Positions 63,801-64,000 of a stretch of DNA of 64,000 nucleotides are shown piece after piece. A program made the translations under genes and the position numbers. Location: the NCBI GenBank assembly GCA_029262675.1, contig JAJCYW010000010.1, positions 129,166 through 193,165 of the forward strand. The letters run 5' to 3'. Below the pieces are notes generated by a model. That model was not told the DNA's origin, ran no database searches, and saw only the letters and a list, made by a program, of their open reading frames with translations. The DNA is from Chloroflexota bacterium (lineage in GTDB: Bacteria > Chloroflexota > Dehalococcoidia > DSTF01 > RBG-16-68-14). Within the stretch, counting starts at the first letter, position 1. Every line of letters begins with the position of its first letter.

Positions 63801-64000
63801 CGCGCCGCACGTGATCGGCGTTGGTGTAGCCGTGGGCGTTGACGTTGGCCCGCCAGGCGTCGGCGTTGAGGTCGGTGTCAATGTCGGGCATGTAGTCGTG
63901 CCCAAGACGGTCGCGGTGCCATTGTGCAGCGAGCGCGGGATCGGCGTGCCGAGCGTATCGGCGATGTCTGCGTTTGCCAGGATCAGCGTGCTCACGCCGC
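60861..64000 (-). CDS. Large multi-cohesin scaffoldin-like LPXTG protein, 5' end outside window
   Basis: Frame open to window edge; LGAFQF.L.Y.P cohesin-like repeats x2 plus a partial one; cohesin-dockerin module; long PT stalk; LPDTGG + TM + RRR. Confidence 0.85.
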   Translation of the reverse strand, partial: GVSTLILANADIADTLGTPIPRSLHNGTATVLGTTTCPTLTPTSTPTPGGPTSTPTATPTPITCGAAVVFILCPQPQSQTVNLSSETILEVAVANAPELGAFQFTLRYDPLVVSAPSVSPGPFLSSTSRIVTCLVPTAGPGFIQYTCVSIEPTPAGPTGTGVLAFITLRGEAAGISLLTFEDVIFTDVPGLAYPTAALGVGEITVVEGATPTPTLSPTATLSPTPTVTPTPCPGGICPTPTVTPTPTITPTPTDTPIPPPTATFTPTPTSTTPAGPVTIRIDPVSQNAPVGTIVTADIVVDNVADLGAFQFMLSYSPSVILSQSLVVGPFLGSTGRNVVCLPPIVGVSDVEFSCNTIGTTPPGANGSGVIATATFFALAEGLSPLHLSGPIIVDVPGAAQLPIVTQDGVVIVIPPATPTPVATPTPTPTVTPTATPGIPSLNSSSLTTTLRTVAITAHKSVAYPGVTGPAGVQSEQDIVSVIKEPAESNLFLGNGSLVLYERAQNVPEGSGLGGFELHVAYDNNTVSLDIDASPFLQELEGTDRTATCLENRTEGAVRFGCVTTGVDPGPSGTFAFARITVTPLARIPIRPAPNNGIEVILDDVTANTRLVGALEDGIPVSFVGDAKVIVRALESDINVDCAVNVIDHQMVAGRFGVSEGSTLYQERYDLEPAIRPDGDIDISDLQTVYGRTGSTCAQPWGIQDPPSKSTETPTPSVTPEATATPGPTGETPSSTPTASPSPQPTATVTTAPATATAAATATATATPGGAGAGSPTPDPTVTSTATATPALTATDTPAPSTTPEPSATPDGSGTPVPTSDASPTATHTWTPQPTWTQEPTWTPVPTWTAEPTWTPAIAAIPTPTPTTPPPPTATVIPLPTFGTPAVPPTSTPAPANTATPVPAIPPTDTPAPGAPPSTATPAFIPPTDTPAPGAPPSTATPASPTGSATPIQAPVPTSTPTLVRDSGPILKTPVAGLPDTGGADGSSGDVLPTTLAIAGLAGGAVLLAWSQLLWWRRRQGVTPAPFQPRFRPAPSRRQEDTDGPR
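61172..61290 (-). repeat. 60-bp in-frame tandem duplication in the PT stalk
   Basis: Two near-identical copies encoding IPPTDTPAPGAPPSTATPA. Confidence 0.85.

Noticed and set aside
46080..64000. Classical cellulosome
   Set aside because: No glycoside hydrolase, CBM or SLH domains seen; modules are Cys-rich. The rest of the genome is unseen.

Overview
High-GC bacterial chromosomal window. The gene content (class F sortase, Cys-rich dockerin proteins, stand-alone gyrA, small conserved membrane proteins) suggests Chloroflexota, probably Dehalococcoidia; this is inference, not verified. Layout: (1) 1-8.4 kb: cimA, MMPL transporter, solute-binding lipoprotein, DinB, OmpR-type two-component pair, small Zn-finger gene; (2) 8.5-23.9 kb: 14-gene minus-strand surface-glycan locus (WbpA/B/E/D/I-like, PglF/PglC/DegT-like, GT2, 3 GT4, flippase, methyltransferase) ending at tRNA-Pro; (3) 24-43.9 kb: housekeeping and accessory genes (NodI/J-like ABC pair, esterase-cyclase fusion, gyrA, thiL-tsaE-tsaB-ndk, rsfS, mnmA, two tRNA-Ser); (4) 44-64 kb: a class F sortase, a TolB-like lipoprotein, then ten co-oriented secreted proteins built from cohesin-like domains, a second Cys-rich beta-sandwich repeat, three dockerin subtypes, Pro/Thr linkers and LPDTG or TM anchors, with no recognisable glycoside hydrolase. 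Best candidate new system: a sortase-anchored, non-cellulosomal cohesin-dockerin surface scaffold. Second signal: several genes have their last codons plus stop echoed just downstream, often differing mainly at synonymous positions. No CRISPR, integrase or transposase seen. All calls are by eye from motifs; no searches were run.
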